Below, piece after piece: positions 10,388 to 21,470 of a stretch of DNA of 64,000 bases. The stretch is from contig OZ219786.1 in assembly GCA_964291285.2 (NCBI GenBank), positions 352,001 to 416,000 on the forward strand, read 5' to 3'. A program made the position numbers and the translations under genes. The notes beneath the pieces were generated by a model. That model had not been told where the DNA came from. It made no database searches and was given only the letters and a program-made list of their open reading frames with translations. The number at the start of each line of letters is the position of its first letter. Position 1 is the stretch's first letter. The DNA is from Alphaproteobacteria bacterium. Its GTDB lineage: Bacteria > Pseudomonadota > Alphaproteobacteria > Bin95.

Positions 10388-11901
10388 GCGCGCGCCTTGC
10401 GCCCCGTGCGGTGAAGCAGGACCAGACAGTCGCGGTTCTTGCGCCGGAGGTCGGCGCAGGCGCGTCTGGCGTCGTCTTCCGCGAACCCGGTAAGGCGGGC
10501 CCGGTAGAGCTTGCGCCCGCTGGACGCTCTCATCGGCCAGGCGCCAGCATAAACCCCGCTAGGCAGTCCGCGCAGCAGGTCCGCAGCGGCCAGCGCCTGC
10601 CGGCGCGCCCGTTTCTGGCTGGCATAAACGCCGACCTGCACGGCGTATCCTCCCGCACGCGCCGATTGCGCCGGCGGCAGCTTCGGCACCGCGGCCATGG
10701 CGGGCAGCCGGGATGCCGGCGCGGCAGGCTTCGCCTTCGCCGGCGAAGGGGTGGTGGGCGCGGCAGCGGTCGCCGTCGGAGCCGGCGGCGGCGCGGCCCT
10801 GGGCGAGGGCACCGGCAGCGGCGCCATGACGGGAGCCGCGCCATGGCGAACGACGAAACAGTCCGTGCGCCGCCTCTTGAGATCGCGGCAGGCCTGCCGG
10901 GCATCGCGCTTGCTATAGCCGATCAGGCGCGCCTGGTAGATCGTGCCGCCCTTGCGTCGCGCCTTGGGCCAAGCTCCCCAGGCGCCTCCCTGCGGCGTGC
11001 CGACCTTAAGCGCCGCGGCGCGCGCCAGGCCGCGGGCGGCGGACCTGTCCCCGACCGCCCCCACCTGCACGGCCCAGACGAGGCCGCTTTCACTGACGGC
11101 CGGGCGCAGCTTCAGCCGGGCGAAGATGCGGTCCGTCAGCTTCGCGACATGGCGGTCGCGCGAGCGGGCCGTGCGCCCTCCCATGACCACGGTAATCAGC
11201 CGGCGGCCATTGCGGACCGCGGAAAAGGCCAGGTTGAAGCCCGATTTGGAGATGTAGCCGGTCTTCAGCCCGTCAGCGCCGGAATAGCGCCGCAGCAGGC
11301 GGTTGTGCGAGCGGTAGGTGCGCCCCCTGAACTTGAACGATTTCAGGGAGAAATAGTCATAATATTGTGGGAAATTCCGCATGAGGGCGCGCGCCAGCCG
11401 GGCCATGTCGCGGGCCGTGGTCCATTGCTTTGAATGCCAGAGCCCGGAAGCGTTTCGGAACGAGGTGCGGTGCATGCCGAGCTCCCGCGCCTTGCGGTTC
11501 ATCACCCTCGCGAATTTCCGTTCGCTGCCAGCGATGAAATAGGCGACGGTCGTGGCGACATCGTTCGCGGACTTGACGACAAGGGCCCTGATGGCGTCGC
11601 GGACAGTGATCGTCGATCCCTGTTTGAGGCCGAGCCGGGACGCCGGCTGCAGGGTCGCGCGGTGCGGCACCTTCATGCGGGTCGAGAGTTTGTACTTGCC
11701 GCTGCGAAGCCGCTCAAAAATGAGATAAACCGTCATCATCTTGGTCAGCGATGCTGGATAACGGCGCGCCGTGGACCGTTCGCCGTGGAGCACGGCGCCG
11801 CTGTCGGCGTCGATGACGACCGCGGCATAGCGCGCCGCCGGCGCGGGGCCGGCCGCCAGAATGGCCGCCGCCAGAAGCAGAACAGAGAGAATCGCCTTCA
11901 T
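10384..11901 (-). CDS. D-alanyl-D-alanine carboxypeptidase (peptidase S11) with two SPOR-like C-terminal domains
   Basis: SLTK, SAN and KTG PBP motifs. Two (W/Y)AVQVG...Y(Q/R)ARLxG...DARxAC repeats separated by a Pro/Ala linker. Confidence 0.9.
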   Translation of the reverse strand: MKAILSVLLLAAAILAAGPAPAARYAAVVIDADSGAVLHGERSTARRYPASLTKMMTVYLIFERLRSGKYKLSTRMKVPHRATLQPASRLGLKQGSTITVRDAIRALVVKSANDVATTVAYFIAGSERKFARVMNRKARELGMHRTSFRNASGLWHSKQWTTARDMARLARALMRNFPQYYDYFSLKSFKFRGRTYRSHNRLLRRYSGADGLKTGYISKSGFNLAFSAVRNGRRLITVVMGGRTARSRDRHVAKLTDRIFARLKLRPAVSESGLVWAVQVGAVGDRSAARGLARAAALKVGTPQGGAWGAWPKARRKGGTIYQARLIGYSKRDARQACRDLKRRRTDCFVVRHGAAPVMAPLPVPSPRAAPPPAPTATAAAPTTPSPAKAKPAAPASRLPAMAAVPKLPPAQSARAGGYAVQVGVYASQKRARRQALAAADLLRGLPSGVYAGAWPMRASSGRKLYRARLTGFAEDDARRACADLRRKNRDCLVLLHRTGRKARA

Positions 11902-12074
11902 GGGCCCTCCTTGGCCCACATAAAGTCAATCCGGGTTCGCCGCAATGCCGGATGGTATTTTTTTCCTCCACCGGAAACCCCGGGGCGAGACCTTGAACGG
12001 ATACGGCTTACTCCTACTTCGATAGCTGGGTTATGCTAGGCTCTCGGATGCGGCCCCCGGGCGGGAGAGAAAGG

Positions 12075-12401
12075 ATGAGCGACGAACGGCGAGGCGGAGA
12101 CGAGGGCCCGAACACGGGCGTGCTCGTCAGGACCAAGCCGGAGACGAATAAGCCGTCATTGTACAAGGTCATTATGCTCAATGACGACTACACGCCGATG
12201 GAGTTCGTCGTCCACGTCCTGCAAGCCTTCTTCAACAAGGGCCGGGAGGAAGCGACGAATATCATGCTGATGGTCCACCAGCGGGGAATCGGGGTCTGTG
12301 GTGTCTATACCTACGAAGTCGCCGAGACCAAGGTGACGCAGGTTGTGGACTTCGCGCGTCGGCACGAACACCCTCTGCAGCTGACGCTTGAGAAGGAGTA
12401 G
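12075..12401 (+). CDS. clpS: ATP-dependent Clp protease adaptor ClpS
   Basis: [29 protein letters not shown] and HPLQ motifs. Confidence 0.97.
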   Translation: MSDERRGGDEGPNTGVLVRTKPETNKPSLYKVIMLNDDYTPMEFVVHVLQAFFNKGREEATNIMLMVHQRGIGVCGVYTYEVAETKVTQVVDFARRHEHPLQLTLEKE

Positions 12402-12408
12402 CCGGTCG

Positions 12409-14733
12409 ATGCTGTCGCGCACCCTCGAACAGACGCTGCACCGGGCGCTCTCCTACGCCAAGGAGCGCCGGCACGAATATGCGACGCTGGAGCACCTGCT
12501 GCTGGCGCTCACCGAGGACCGGGACTGCATGGCGGTGCTGCGCGCCTGCTCGGTCGATGTGGACAATCTGCGCTCCGAGGTGACCGGCTACCTGGACGAG
12601 GAGCTCGACAACCTCGTCGTGGAGCGCGACGGGGACCCCAAGCCGACCGCCGGCTTCCAGCGCGTCCTGCAGCGCGCCGCGATCCACGTGCAGTCGTCCG
12701 GGCGCGAGGAGGTGACGGGCGCCAACGTGCTCGTGGCGATCTTCTCCGAGCGGGAAAGCCACGCCGTGTTCTTCCTGCAGGGCCAGGAAATGACCCGCCT
12801 CGACGCCGTCAACTACATCAGCCACGGCATCGCCAAGAGCGCCGGCCAGTCGGAACCCCGGCGGGTGCGCGGCGCGGAGGAGCGCCAGGAGAACGAGGGC
12901 GGCGAGCCGGGCGGCCGCAAGCCCGCCGAGGCGCTGCAGGCCTATTGCGTCAACCTCAACGAGAAGGCGGACGCCGGCAAGATCGACCCGCTGATCGGGC
13001 GCGAGCTCGAAGTCGAGCGGACGATCCAGATTCTCTGCCGGCGGACCAAGAACAACCCGCTCTATGTGGGCGAGCCCGGCGTCGGCAAGACCGCCATCGC
13101 CGAGGGCCTGGCGCGCAAGATCGTCGAGGGCGCGGTGCCGGAGGTGCTGGCGGAGGCCACGATCTACGCGCTCGACATGGGCTCGCTGCTCGCGGGCACG
13201 CGCTACCGGGGCGATTTCGAGGAGCGGCTGAAACAGGTGCTGGCGGAACTGGACGCGCTCGAGGGCGCCATCCTGTTCATCGACGAGATCCACACCGTCA
13301 TCGGCGCCGGCGCCACCAGCGGCGGCTCGATGGACGCCTCCAACATCCTGAAGCCCGCGCTCGCCAGCGGCACGCTGCGCTGCATCGGGTCCACCACCTA
13401 CAAGGAATACCGCAACTATTTCGAGAAGGACCGCGCGCTGGTCCGCCGCTTCCAGAAGATCGACGTGCACGAGCCGTCGGTGCCGGACGCCATCAAGATC
13501 ATGATGGGCCTCAAGCCCTATTACGAGGAGCATCACGGCGTCCGCTACACCACCGAGGCCATCCGCACGGCGGTCAGCCTCTCGGCGCGCTACATCAACG
13601 ACCGCAAGCTGCCGGACAAGGCCATCGACGTGATCGACGAGGTCGGCGCGGCCCAGCTCCTGCTGCCGCCGAGCCGGCGCAAGAAGACCGTCGGCGTGCG
13701 CGACGTCGAGGGCATCGTCGCCAAGATCGCCCGCATCCCGCCGAAGAGCGTGAGCCGCGACGACCGCGAGGCGCTGCAGACGCTGGAGCGCGACCTGAAG
13801 ACGGTGGTGTTCGGCCAGGACCCCGCCATCGAGGCGCTGGCGAGCGCGGTCAAGCTCGCCCGGGCCGGCCTGCGCGAGCCGGAGAAGCCCATCGGCAGCT
13901 ACCTGTTCTCCGGCCCGACGGGCGTCGGCAAGACCGAGGCCGCCCGCCAGCTTGCGCGCTGCCTCGGGGTCGAGCTCGTGCGCTTCGACATGTCCGAATA
14001 CATGGAGCGCCACAGCGTCTCGCGGCTGATCGGCGCCCCGCCCGGCTATGTCGGCTTCGACCAGGGCGGGCTGCTGACGGACGCGGTGGACAAGAACCCG
14101 CATGTGGTGCTGCTGCTCGACGAGATCGAGAAGGCGCATCCGGACGTCTTCAACGTGCTGCTCCAGATCATGGATTACGGCAAGCTGACCGACCACAGCG
14201 GCAAGCAGGTCGATTTCCGCAACGTCATCGTCATCATGACGACCAATGCCGGCGCGTCGGACCTCGCCAAGGCGGCGATCGGCTTCGGGCGCAACGTCCG
14301 CGAGGGCGACGACAAGGAGGCCATCGACAGGCTCTTCACGCCGGAGTTCCGCAACCGCCTGGATGCGATCATCTCCTTCGGCAACCTGCCGATGGAGGTG
14401 GTGCACCGGGTGGTGGACAAGTTCGTCGCGGAGCTCGAGGGCCAGCTCGACGACCGCCAGGTCGAAATCCTGCTGACCGAGGCGGCCCGCGAATGGCTGG
14501 CCGAGAAGGGCTACAGCACCGAATACGGCGCCCGCCCGCTCGCCCGCATCATCCAGGAGCACATCAAGAAGCCGCTCGCCGAGGAACTGCTGTTCGGGCG
14601 GCTGGCCAAGGGCGGCACGGTGGAGGTGGATGCCGGCGAGGACGGCCTGACCTTCGCCTATCCCGACCCGCCGCCTCCCGCCCCGCCGAAAGCGAAAGCG
14701 AAGGCCCGGAAGAAGGAGCCGGCGGCGCTGTAG
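12409..14733 (+). CDS. clpA: ATP-dependent Clp protease ATP-binding subunit ClpA
   Basis: Clp N-domain, two AAA+ modules (GEPGVGKT and GPTGVGKT), no ClpB coiled-coil; downstream of clpS. Confidence 0.97.
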   Translation: MLSRTLEQTLHRALSYAKERRHEYATLEHLLLALTEDRDCMAVLRACSVDVDNLRSEVTGYLDEELDNLVVERDGDPKPTAGFQRVLQRAAIHVQSSGREEVTGANVLVAIFSERESHAVFFLQGQEMTRLDAVNYISHGIAKSAGQSEPRRVRGAEERQENEGGEPGGRKPAEALQAYCVNLNEKADAGKIDPLIGRELEVERTIQILCRRTKNNPLYVGEPGVGKTAIAEGLARKIVEGAVPEVLAEATIYALDMGSLLAGTRYRGDFEERLKQVLAELDALEGAILFIDEIHTVIGAGATSGGSMDASNILKPALASGTLRCIGSTTYKEYRNYFEKDRALVRRFQKIDVHEPSVPDAIKIMMGLKPYYEEHHGVRYTTEAIRTAVSLSARYINDRKLPDKAIDVIDEVGAAQLLLPPSRRKKTVGVRDVEGIVAKIARIPPKSVSRDDREALQTLERDLKTVVFGQDPAIEALASAVKLARAGLREPEKPIGSYLFSGPTGVGKTEAARQLARCLGVELVRFDMSEYMERHSVSRLIGAPPGYVGFDQGGLLTDAVDKNPHVVLLLDEIEKAHPDVFNVLLQIMDYGKLTDHSGKQVDFRNVIVIMTTNAGASDLAKAAIGFGRNVREGDDKEAIDRLFTPEFRNRLDAIISFGNLPMEVVHRVVDKFVAELEGQLDDRQVEILLTEAAREWLAEKGYSTEYGARPLARIIQEHIKKPLAEELLFGRLAKGGTVEVDAGEDGLTFAYPDPPPPAPPKAKAKARKKEPAAL

Positions 14734-14790
14734 AGTCGTGCTTCCGAAGTTCGTATCGCCTCGTTCGGAGCGCCCGACCGCTCCCCTCTC

Positions 14791-14821
14791 CGTCATGCCC
14801 AAAACAAGTCCGGGCATGACG
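14791..14821. repeat. Short palindrome (REP-like element or terminator) after clpA
   Basis: CGTCATGCCC-AAAACAAGTCC-GGGCATGACG forms a perfect 10-bp stem. Confidence 0.55.
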
Positions 14822-14891
14822 ATATGGCCATGATGGGCCGGGCGGTGCCGGGACGAGGCCCGAGTCCCCGACCAACCGGAGCGACCCAGCA

Positions 14892-17198
14892 GTGAGCGAA
14901 TTCGAAGGCGCCATCGCGCGCACCCACGCGGAGTCCACCCCCCACTGGCGGGACCATCCGCGCCCGCCGGCAGGCAGCCCGAACGTCGTCATCATATACA
15001 TGGACGACATGGGCTGGTCGGACCCCGGCTGCTACGGCTCGGAGATCGAAACGCCGCACCTGGACGCACTGGCGGCGCGCGGCCTGCAGTTCACCCACTA
15101 CACGACGCACCCGATCTGCTCGCCCGCGCGGGCGGCCTTGCTCACCGGGCGCAACTCCCATGCCGTCGGCACAGGCTGGCTGTCCAACAACAATGCCGGC
15201 TTTCCCGGCTATTCGGGCGAGATTCCGCTCGACCAGCCGACCATTGCGGAAACCTTCAGGGCAGCCGGCTACGCCACCATGATGACCGGCAAGTGGCACA
15301 ACACGCCGACCCCGGATACGACGGCCGCCGGGCCGAAGCACAACTGGCCGTCGCAGCGCGGCTTCGACAGCTTCTACGGTTTCATGGACGGCGAGACGCA
15401 CTTCTTCTTCCCCTCCAGGCTGCAGATCGACAACACCCTGGCGCCGCTCGACATCTACCCGGAGGACTACTACGCCACCGACGACTGGACCGACAGGACG
15501 ATCCAGAACACCCTGGCGCCGCTCGACATCTACCCGGAGGACTACTACGCCACCGACGACTGGACCGACAGGACGATCCAGAACATCAAGGAGCTGCGGG
15601 CGGCATCGTCCGACAAGCCGTTCTTCGCCTACATCGCGCACAACGCGGTGCACGCGCCGCTGCAGTCGAAGGCTTCGGACATGGCGCGCTACGAGGGCCG
15701 CTACGATGCGGGCTGGACCGCCATCCGCCGCGAGCGCTTCAGGCGGCAGCTCCAGATGGGCCTGGTCCCGGCCGGCACCCGCCTGCCGGAGTCCGATCCG
15801 CGCGCGCCGCGGTGGGAGGACACCGACCCGGCCGACCGCAGGCTGTTCGCGCGCCACATGGAAACCTATGCGGCGATGCTCGATTGCGTGGACCAGAATG
15901 TCGGCAAGCTGGTCCGCTTCCTCGACCGGCTGGGCGAGCTCGACAACACCATCATCGTCTTCAGTTCGGACAATGGCGGCACCGACGCCGGCGGCGAACA
16001 CGGCATGTTCAACAACAACCGCCGCTATATGGGCCTGCCGGCGCAGCCGCTCGCCGATGACCGTGCGCAGGTGGAGGATCTCGGCGGGCCGCGGAGCGTC
16101 TCGCTCTATCCCACCGCATGGGGCGAGGTGTGCAACACGCCGTTCCCGACCTTCAAGACCTACACCGGCGGCGGGGGCCGGCGGGTGTCGTTCCTGTTCA
16201 GCTGGCCGGCCGGCATTCCGGCCCGGGGCGAGCGGCGCGGGCAGTTCGTGCATGTCACCGACGTGATGCCGACCCTGCTCGACCTGGCGGGCGTTTCCGC
16301 GCTCGACGAGGTGAACGGCAAGCCCGCCGGCGCGCCCGACGGCGTGAGCTTCAGGCCGGTGCTGGCGGACGCCGCGGCAGAGTCGCCGCGCACGGAGCAG
16401 TATTACGAATGCTGGTCCAACCGCGCCTACTACCGCAGCGGCTGGCTCGCCCGGTCCATACAGAAACGCGGCGCGCCCATCGACCTCGACAACTGGACGC
16501 TGCACAACCTCGACGAGGATTTCTCGGAAAGCGAGGACGTGCGCGCGCAGCACCCGGACAAGCTCAAGGAACTGGTGGACGCCTTCGACGAGGCCGCATG
16601 GGCCAATCTCGTATATCCGCTCGACAACCGCGACCGGTTCCAGAAATTCGCCGACGTCTCGCCGGCCGCCCGCGAACGCGCCGACACGCCGCGGACGTTC
16701 TATCCCGGCGCGCAGACGACGCACCGCGACGACATCCTCCCGATGATCGCCGACCGCAGCTTCCGCATCGATACGCGGTTCGACCATGCGGCCGGCGACG
16801 AGGGCGTGTTGTGGGCGGTCGGCGACCCGATCGGCGGCATCGTCATGTACATCGAGCGCGATGCGTTGAACCTCCACTACAACGGCTTCGGCGAAACCGT
16901 GTCGCTGCCGCCGATGCCTCTTCGCGCGGGCGCGCGCACCGTCACGTTCGACTACGAGGCGCTGGGCGGCAGGCAGGGGCGGGCGCGTGTGCTGTCCGGC
17001 GCCGCCGTGCTGTGCGACTGGACGGCGATGTCGCCCACGCTGTCGTTCGGCGTGTTCGAGGGCCTCGACATCGGGCTCGTGCGGCGCGGCCCCGTATTGT
17101 GGACGCTTTACGAGGAGCACGGCGCGTTCCGCTTCACCGGCGCCATCGAGCATGTGCATGTCACGCCGGGCGCCCGGGCGGACGCTGCGGGCGCATGA
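14892..17198 (+). CDS. Arylsulfatase (formylglycine-dependent sulfatase)
   Basis: DDMGW, CSPARAALLTGR, GKWH and SDNG motifs; contains a 25-aa exact tandem duplication. Confidence 0.93.
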   Translation: MSEFEGAIARTHAESTPHWRDHPRPPAGSPNVVIIYMDDMGWSDPGCYGSEIETPHLDALAARGLQFTHYTTHPICSPARAALLTGRNSHAVGTGWLSNNNAGFPGYSGEIPLDQPTIAETFRAAGYATMMTGKWHNTPTPDTTAAGPKHNWPSQRGFDSFYGFMDGETHFFFPSRLQIDNTLAPLDIYPEDYYATDDWTDRTIQNTLAPLDIYPEDYYATDDWTDRTIQNIKELRAASSDKPFFAYIAHNAVHAPLQSKASDMARYEGRYDAGWTAIRRERFRRQLQMGLVPAGTRLPESDPRAPRWEDTDPADRRLFARHMETYAAMLDCVDQNVGKLVRFLDRLGELDNTIIVFSSDNGGTDAGGEHGMFNNNRRYMGLPAQPLADDRAQVEDLGGPRSVSLYPTAWGEVCNTPFPTFKTYTGGGGRRVSFLFSWPAGIPARGERRGQFVHVTDVMPTLLDLAGVSALDEVNGKPAGAPDGVSFRPVLADAAAESPRTEQYYECWSNRAYYRSGWLARSIQKRGAPIDLDNWTLHNLDEDFSESEDVRAQHPDKLKELVDAFDEAAWANLVYPLDNRDRFQKFADVSPAARERADTPRTFYPGAQTTHRDDILPMIADRSFRIDTRFDHAAGDEGVLWAVGDPIGGIVMYIERDALNLHYNGFGETVSLPPMPLRAGARTVTFDYEALGGRQGRARVLSGAAVLCDWTAMSPTLSFGVFEGLDIGLVRRGPVLWTLYEEHGAFRFTGAIEHVHVTPGARADAAGA
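15432..15581 (+). repeat. Exact 2 x 75-bp in-frame tandem duplication inside the sulfatase
   Basis: 15432-15506 is identical to 15507-15581 and encodes NTLAPLDIYPEDYYATDDWTDRTIQ twice. Confidence 0.95.
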
Positions 17199-18352
17199 TG
17201 ACCGGCTATCGCCGACCCGGCCCCCGGATCCGGGCGGCGGCGGCCGCCGCCCTGCTCTGCCTGGGCGCTGTTGCGGGCGGCCCCGCCGACGCCGCCGGGG
17301 CGCGCGAATACCGCTCCGAGAAGCACGCCTTCCGCCTCGTCCCGGTCGGCGGCCCGTTCGACCGGGCGTGGGGCATGGCCTTCCTTCCCGGAGGCGGCAT
17401 GCTGGTGACGGAGCTGGAGGGCAATCTCCGCCTCCTGGAGCCGGGCGGACAGCCCTCGGACCCGCTGCCGGGGCTGCCGCGCCTCGGGGAATACGGCCAG
17501 GGCGGGCTGATGGACGTCGCGCTCGATCCCGGCTTCGCGGCCAACGGGCGGCTCTATCTCAGCCACATCGCGGACACGCCCGACGGCTGGACGACGGCGG
17601 TCAGCACGGCGCGGCTGGAGGGCGGCCGGCTCCACGGGTTCGAGACCGTCTTCACCGCCCGCGCGGCCAGCGGCACGGGCCGGCATTTCGGCTCGCGGCT
17701 CCGGTTCGCGCCGGACGGGACGTTGTTCGTCACCATCGGCGACCGCGGCTACCGGCCGAGCGCCCAGGACCTCGGCAACCACGCCGGCGCGGTCCTGCGG
17801 CTCGGTCCCGACGGCGCGGCGGCGCCCGGCAACCCCTTCGCCGGCAGGGCCGGGGCGCTGCCGGAGATATGGTCCTACGGGCACCGCAACCCGCAGGGCC
17901 TCGCCTTCGACCCGGAGACGGGCCGGCTGTGGTCGCAGGAGCACGGGCCGCGCGGCGGCGACGAGGTCAACCTCGTCCGGCGCGGGCGGAACTACGGCTG
18001 GCCGGTCATCACCTACGGGCGCAATTACAGCGGCACCAGGATCACCGACGAGACCGCGCGGCCGGGCATGGAGCAGCCCGCGACCTACTGGACGCCCTCC
18101 ATCGCGCCGTCGGGGCTGACGGTCTATCGCGGCGGCAGGTTCCCGCACTGGGACGGCAACCTCTTCGTCGGCGCGCTCCGCGCCCAACTCCTCGTCCGGC
18201 TGGAGACCGACGGGGACAGGGTGGTCCACGAAGAGCGCCTGCTGGCGGATTTCGGCAACCGCATCCGCGACGTGCGCACCGGCCCGGACGGCCTGATCTA
18301 CCTGCTGCTGGACGAAAACGACGCCCGGATCTGGCGCCTGGAGCCGCTTTAG
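17195..18352 (+). CDS. PQQ-dependent sugar dehydrogenase (GSDH/YliI-like), exported
   Basis: Signal peptide; GQGGLMDVAL, HFGSRL, YGHRNPQGL, EHGPRGGDEVN and NYGWP motifs; ATGA overlap with the sulfatase stop. Confidence 0.92.
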   Translation: MMTGYRRPGPRIRAAAAAALLCLGAVAGGPADAAGAREYRSEKHAFRLVPVGGPFDRAWGMAFLPGGGMLVTELEGNLRLLEPGGQPSDPLPGLPRLGEYGQGGLMDVALDPGFAANGRLYLSHIADTPDGWTTAVSTARLEGGRLHGFETVFTARAASGTGRHFGSRLRFAPDGTLFVTIGDRGYRPSAQDLGNHAGAVLRLGPDGAAAPGNPFAGRAGALPEIWSYGHRNPQGLAFDPETGRLWSQEHGPRGGDEVNLVRRGRNYGWPVITYGRNYSGTRITDETARPGMEQPATYWTPSIAPSGLTVYRGGRFPHWDGNLFVGALRAQLLVRLETDGDRVVHEERLLADFGNRIRDVRTGPDGLIYLLLDENDARIWRLEPL

Positions 18353-18383
18353 GCGCGGCGGGCTCTGGACAGGCCTTTCCCTC

Positions 18384-18470
18384 ACCCTGAGTAGCCGACC
18401 GGAGGGAGGCGTATCGAAGGGCCGTCCCCTTCGACAAGCTCAGGACGGGCTCTCGATACGCGGCTGACGC
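18384..18470. repeat. REP-like palindromic intergenic element
   Basis: Overlapping inverted repeats CCTGAG/CTCAGG, GCGTATCGA/TCGATACGC and TCGAAGGG/CCCTTCGA. Confidence 0.5.
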
Positions 18471-18843
18471 CGCCCCCCGGGATGCGGGTCCGAGGGCAGC
18501 GCCCGCGCACGACTTTTCGTCGCTCCCGGACACGGCCTGCTCCGCGCAGAAAACAAATTCGGTTTAATTTCCCCTTTTAGCTTGCATTCACCCTCTTTGT
18601 TCCCTATATACCCCCATACCCATACCGGTCGGCAAGCGAGCGAAGCGATGACCCGAATGCGGCCCGGGGCGCGCGCCAGCGCCCGACGGGCATCCCACAC
18701 CTCCCGGGGGGCGGAACAGCAGCCGCCCAACGGGACAGGTGCGTCCGGCGCAAGGCGCCGCGCCGGAGGCATCGGGACGGAACGGCGCCGGAAGTCGAAA
18801 ACACCTGAAACGGCAGCCGCGCCGGATACGGAGAGAAGGAGAG

Positions 18844-19284
18844 ATGACGAAAACGGCAACAAGCGGGCTGGGAGGCGCGCGGAAGGGCAAGGCCGTCAGC
18901 GAGGACCTGCGGCGCCGGGCGGTGGCGGCGGTGCTGGACGAAGGGATGGCCGTTCGCGCCGCAGCGCGGAAGTTCGATGTCGCCGCGGCCAGCGTTCACC
19001 GCTGGCTCGGGCGCTTCCGGGCGCGCGGCGATGTCCGGGCGGACCCGCCCGGCGGCCGCCCCTCGTTCATCGAAGCGGAGCGTCCACGGGTCCTCCGCCT
19101 CCTGGAGAAACAGCCGGAGATCGGCAACCACGGCCTCCACGCCGCCCTCGCCGCCGAGGGCATCGCCGTCAGCCTCTCCACGGTGAAACGCTTCCTGAAA
19201 CTCAACGGCCTGCAACGCAAACAACGCCGCGCGCGGCAGCGCGGGCAGCCGAAACCGCTGGACATTCCGCAAAGGCGGCCGTAG
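18844..19284 (+). CDS. IS630-type HTH protein (transposase N-terminal half only)
   Basis: SEDLRRRAVAAV...RAAARKFDVAAASVHRWL...PPGGRPS...VSLSTVKRFLK. No DDE domain follows. Confidence 0.7.
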   Translation: MTKTATSGLGGARKGKAVSEDLRRRAVAAVLDEGMAVRAAARKFDVAAASVHRWLGRFRARGDVRADPPGGRPSFIEAERPRVLRLLEKQPEIGNHGLHAALAAEGIAVSLSTVKRFLKLNGLQRKQRRARQRGQPKPLDIPQRRP

Positions 19285-19477
19285 ATTGCCGCCAACACCC
19301 CCTGCGGTTTCGACCGCAGGGCGCGGGGCCTCTTCGGAGGCCCCTGCTTACCTTCCTGTGACTGGCGATCAACACTTTCTTCTATCCTCCATATCGCTTA
19401 TCAATTGAGCACTTAGACCTTTCCCTCTGCTCTGATCTGGAATCCCTTCCTACTTCCTCTGAGATCAAACCACCGAT

Positions 19478-19643
19478 ATGGCTGAATCCACCACCCCGAC
19501 ACTACCAAACGACAACGATGCGGCGGCTGTGACATCATCCGCGAACTATACGCCTCCGACCGTCCGGTTTCATAGTTTGACTTTTTCCGATGGAAGTGTT
19601 GTAGAAATATCGTCCTCTGATATTGTCGTTCTTGTTGGACCTA
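19478..19643 (+). pseudogene. 5' remnant of an AAA/ABC-type ATPase cut by an IS at Walker A
   Basis: Low-GC ORF ...FHSLTFSDGSVVEISSSDIVVLVGP ends exactly at the IS insertion (CTAG). hhhhGP is the start of a P-loop. Confidence 0.6.
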
Positions 19644-20518
19644 GGCCCTGTGGACGTATTGACTCAGGAGCGTGTTCAGGGATTCCCGTGCGAGGATTTG
19701 TCTGAATCATGAGGCGTCGGCGATTCGGGGGTTTCGTTGATGTCGACGAAGATGACGAATGGAGACTGGGAGGTTGCGCTGGAGGTTTTCCGGCTTTGCC
19801 TTCCGAGGCGGGGTGCGAAGGCGAAGGACGACCGTCTGTTTCTGGAGGCGCTGCACTTCTTTGCGGTTCACAACATCACCTGGCGGGCGCTGCCGGAGCG
19901 GTTCGGGCACTGGAATACGGTATGGCGGCGTTTTCACCGTCTGAGCCGTTCAGGGGTGTTCGAGGACTTTTTCGCCACGCTGGCGGATTTGAGCAGCACG
20001 GCGCACCTGGTTCAGATGTTCGATTCGACCGTGACCCGCGCGCATGTATCGGCGGCCGGCGCAAAAGGGGGCAGCAGGGTCAGGCGCTTGGACGCTCGCG
20101 GGGCGGTTTCAGCACCAAAATCCACCTGAAGACCGATTTCGACGGCCTGCCGATCGCCTTCGACCTGACCGGCGGCGAGGCAGCCGACAGTCCGCATTTC
20201 GAGACCCTGATGGACATCGGCCCCGATGTCCGGCCCCGCGCCATCGTCGCCGACAAGGGCTATGACAGCGCCGGAAACCGCCAACTCGCCCGGAAAAGAG
20301 GCGCCCTGACCGTCATTCCCTACCGGAAGAACATCAAAAACAGGCCAAAGCGCTTCGCAAGCGCGCTCTACAGAGGACGGGCGCGCATCGAACAGGCCGT
20401 CGGCAAGCTCAAACGCTTCAAACGCATCGCCCTGCGCTGCGAAAAGACCGCCACAAACTTCAGCTCCTTCGTCGCACTCGCCGCTGCCTTCATCTTGATC
20501 AAATCCGTCCACAGGACC
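19644..20518 (+). mobile_element. IS5 family (IS427-like) element, complete; two-ORF transposase with a frameshift
   Basis: TIRs GGCCCTGTGGAC / GTCCACAGGACC, TA on both sides. orfA 19737-20129 (WRALPERFGHWNTV) and orfB ending at 20521 (ADKGYD, RIEQAVGKLKRFKRIA). Slippery AAAAGGGGG at 20063-20071. Confidence 0.92.
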
Positions 20519-20520
20519 TA

Positions 20521-21296
20521 GGCCCTGTGGACGTATTGACTCAGGAGCGTGTTCAGGGATTCCCGTGCGAGGATTTGTCTGAATCATGAGGCGTCGGCGA
20601 TTCGGGGGTTTCGTTGATGTCGACGAAGATGACGAATGGAGACTGGGAGGTTGCGCTGGAGGTTTTCCGGCTTTGCCTTCCGAGGCGGGGTGCGAAGGCG
20701 AAGGACGACCGTCTGTTTCTGGAGGCGCTGCACTTCTTTGCGGTTCACAACATCACCTGGCGGGCGCTGCCGGAGCGGTTCGGGCACTGGAATACGGTAT
20801 GGCGGCGTTTTCACCGTCTGAGCCGTTCAGGGGTGTTCGAGGACTTTTTCGCCACGCTGGCGGATTTGAGCAGCACGGCGCACCTGGTTCAGATGTTCGA
20901 TTCGACCGTGACCCGCGCGCATGTATCGGCGGCCGGCGCAAAAGGGGGCAGCAGGGTCAGGCGCTTGGACGCTCGCGGGGCGGTTTCAGCACCAAAATCC
21001 ACCTGAAGACCGATTTCGACGGCCTGCCGATCGCCTTCGACCTGACCGGCGGCGAGGCTGCCGACAGTCCGCATTTCGAGACCCTGATGGACATCGGCCC
21101 CGATGTCCGGCCCCGCGCCATCGTCGCCGACAAGGGCTATGACAGCGCCGGAAACCGCCAACTCGCCCGGAAAAGAGGCGCCCTGACCGTCATTCCCTAC
21201 CGGAAGAACATCAAAAACAGGCCAAAGCGCTTCGCAAGCGCGCTCTACAGAGGACGGGCGCGCATCGAACAGGCCGTCGGCAAGCTCAAACGTTTC
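20521..21296 (+). mobile_element. Second, tandem copy of the same IS5/IS427-like element, 3'-truncated
   Basis: Near-identical to the first copy and separated from it by TA only. Identity stops near 21293 and the right TIR is missing. Confidence 0.9.
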
Positions 21297-21470
21297 AGTA
21301 TTCCACCGTACGCCTGTCTGTTCGTGGCAACTGATGTCAAAGGAAATCGTTGTATATCAATGAAGTATTGGTTTTCCCGGTGGACAAGGCGCGCCAGGAC
21401 TACGCCCCGGTTGACTTTCATGTGTTGACCTGTATGGTGATATTCAGGGCTGTTTCGAAGGAATATCACT

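Noticed and set aside
12262-17159. Very long antisense ORFs (851 aa and 788 aa) opposite clpA and the sulfatase
   Set aside because: Shadow ORFs produced by high-GC codon bias; the sense-strand genes carry all the recognisable motifs.
16118-17194. N-terminal extension of the 744-aa ORF
   Set aside because: Out-of-frame overlap with the sulfatase; the signal peptide begins at 17195.
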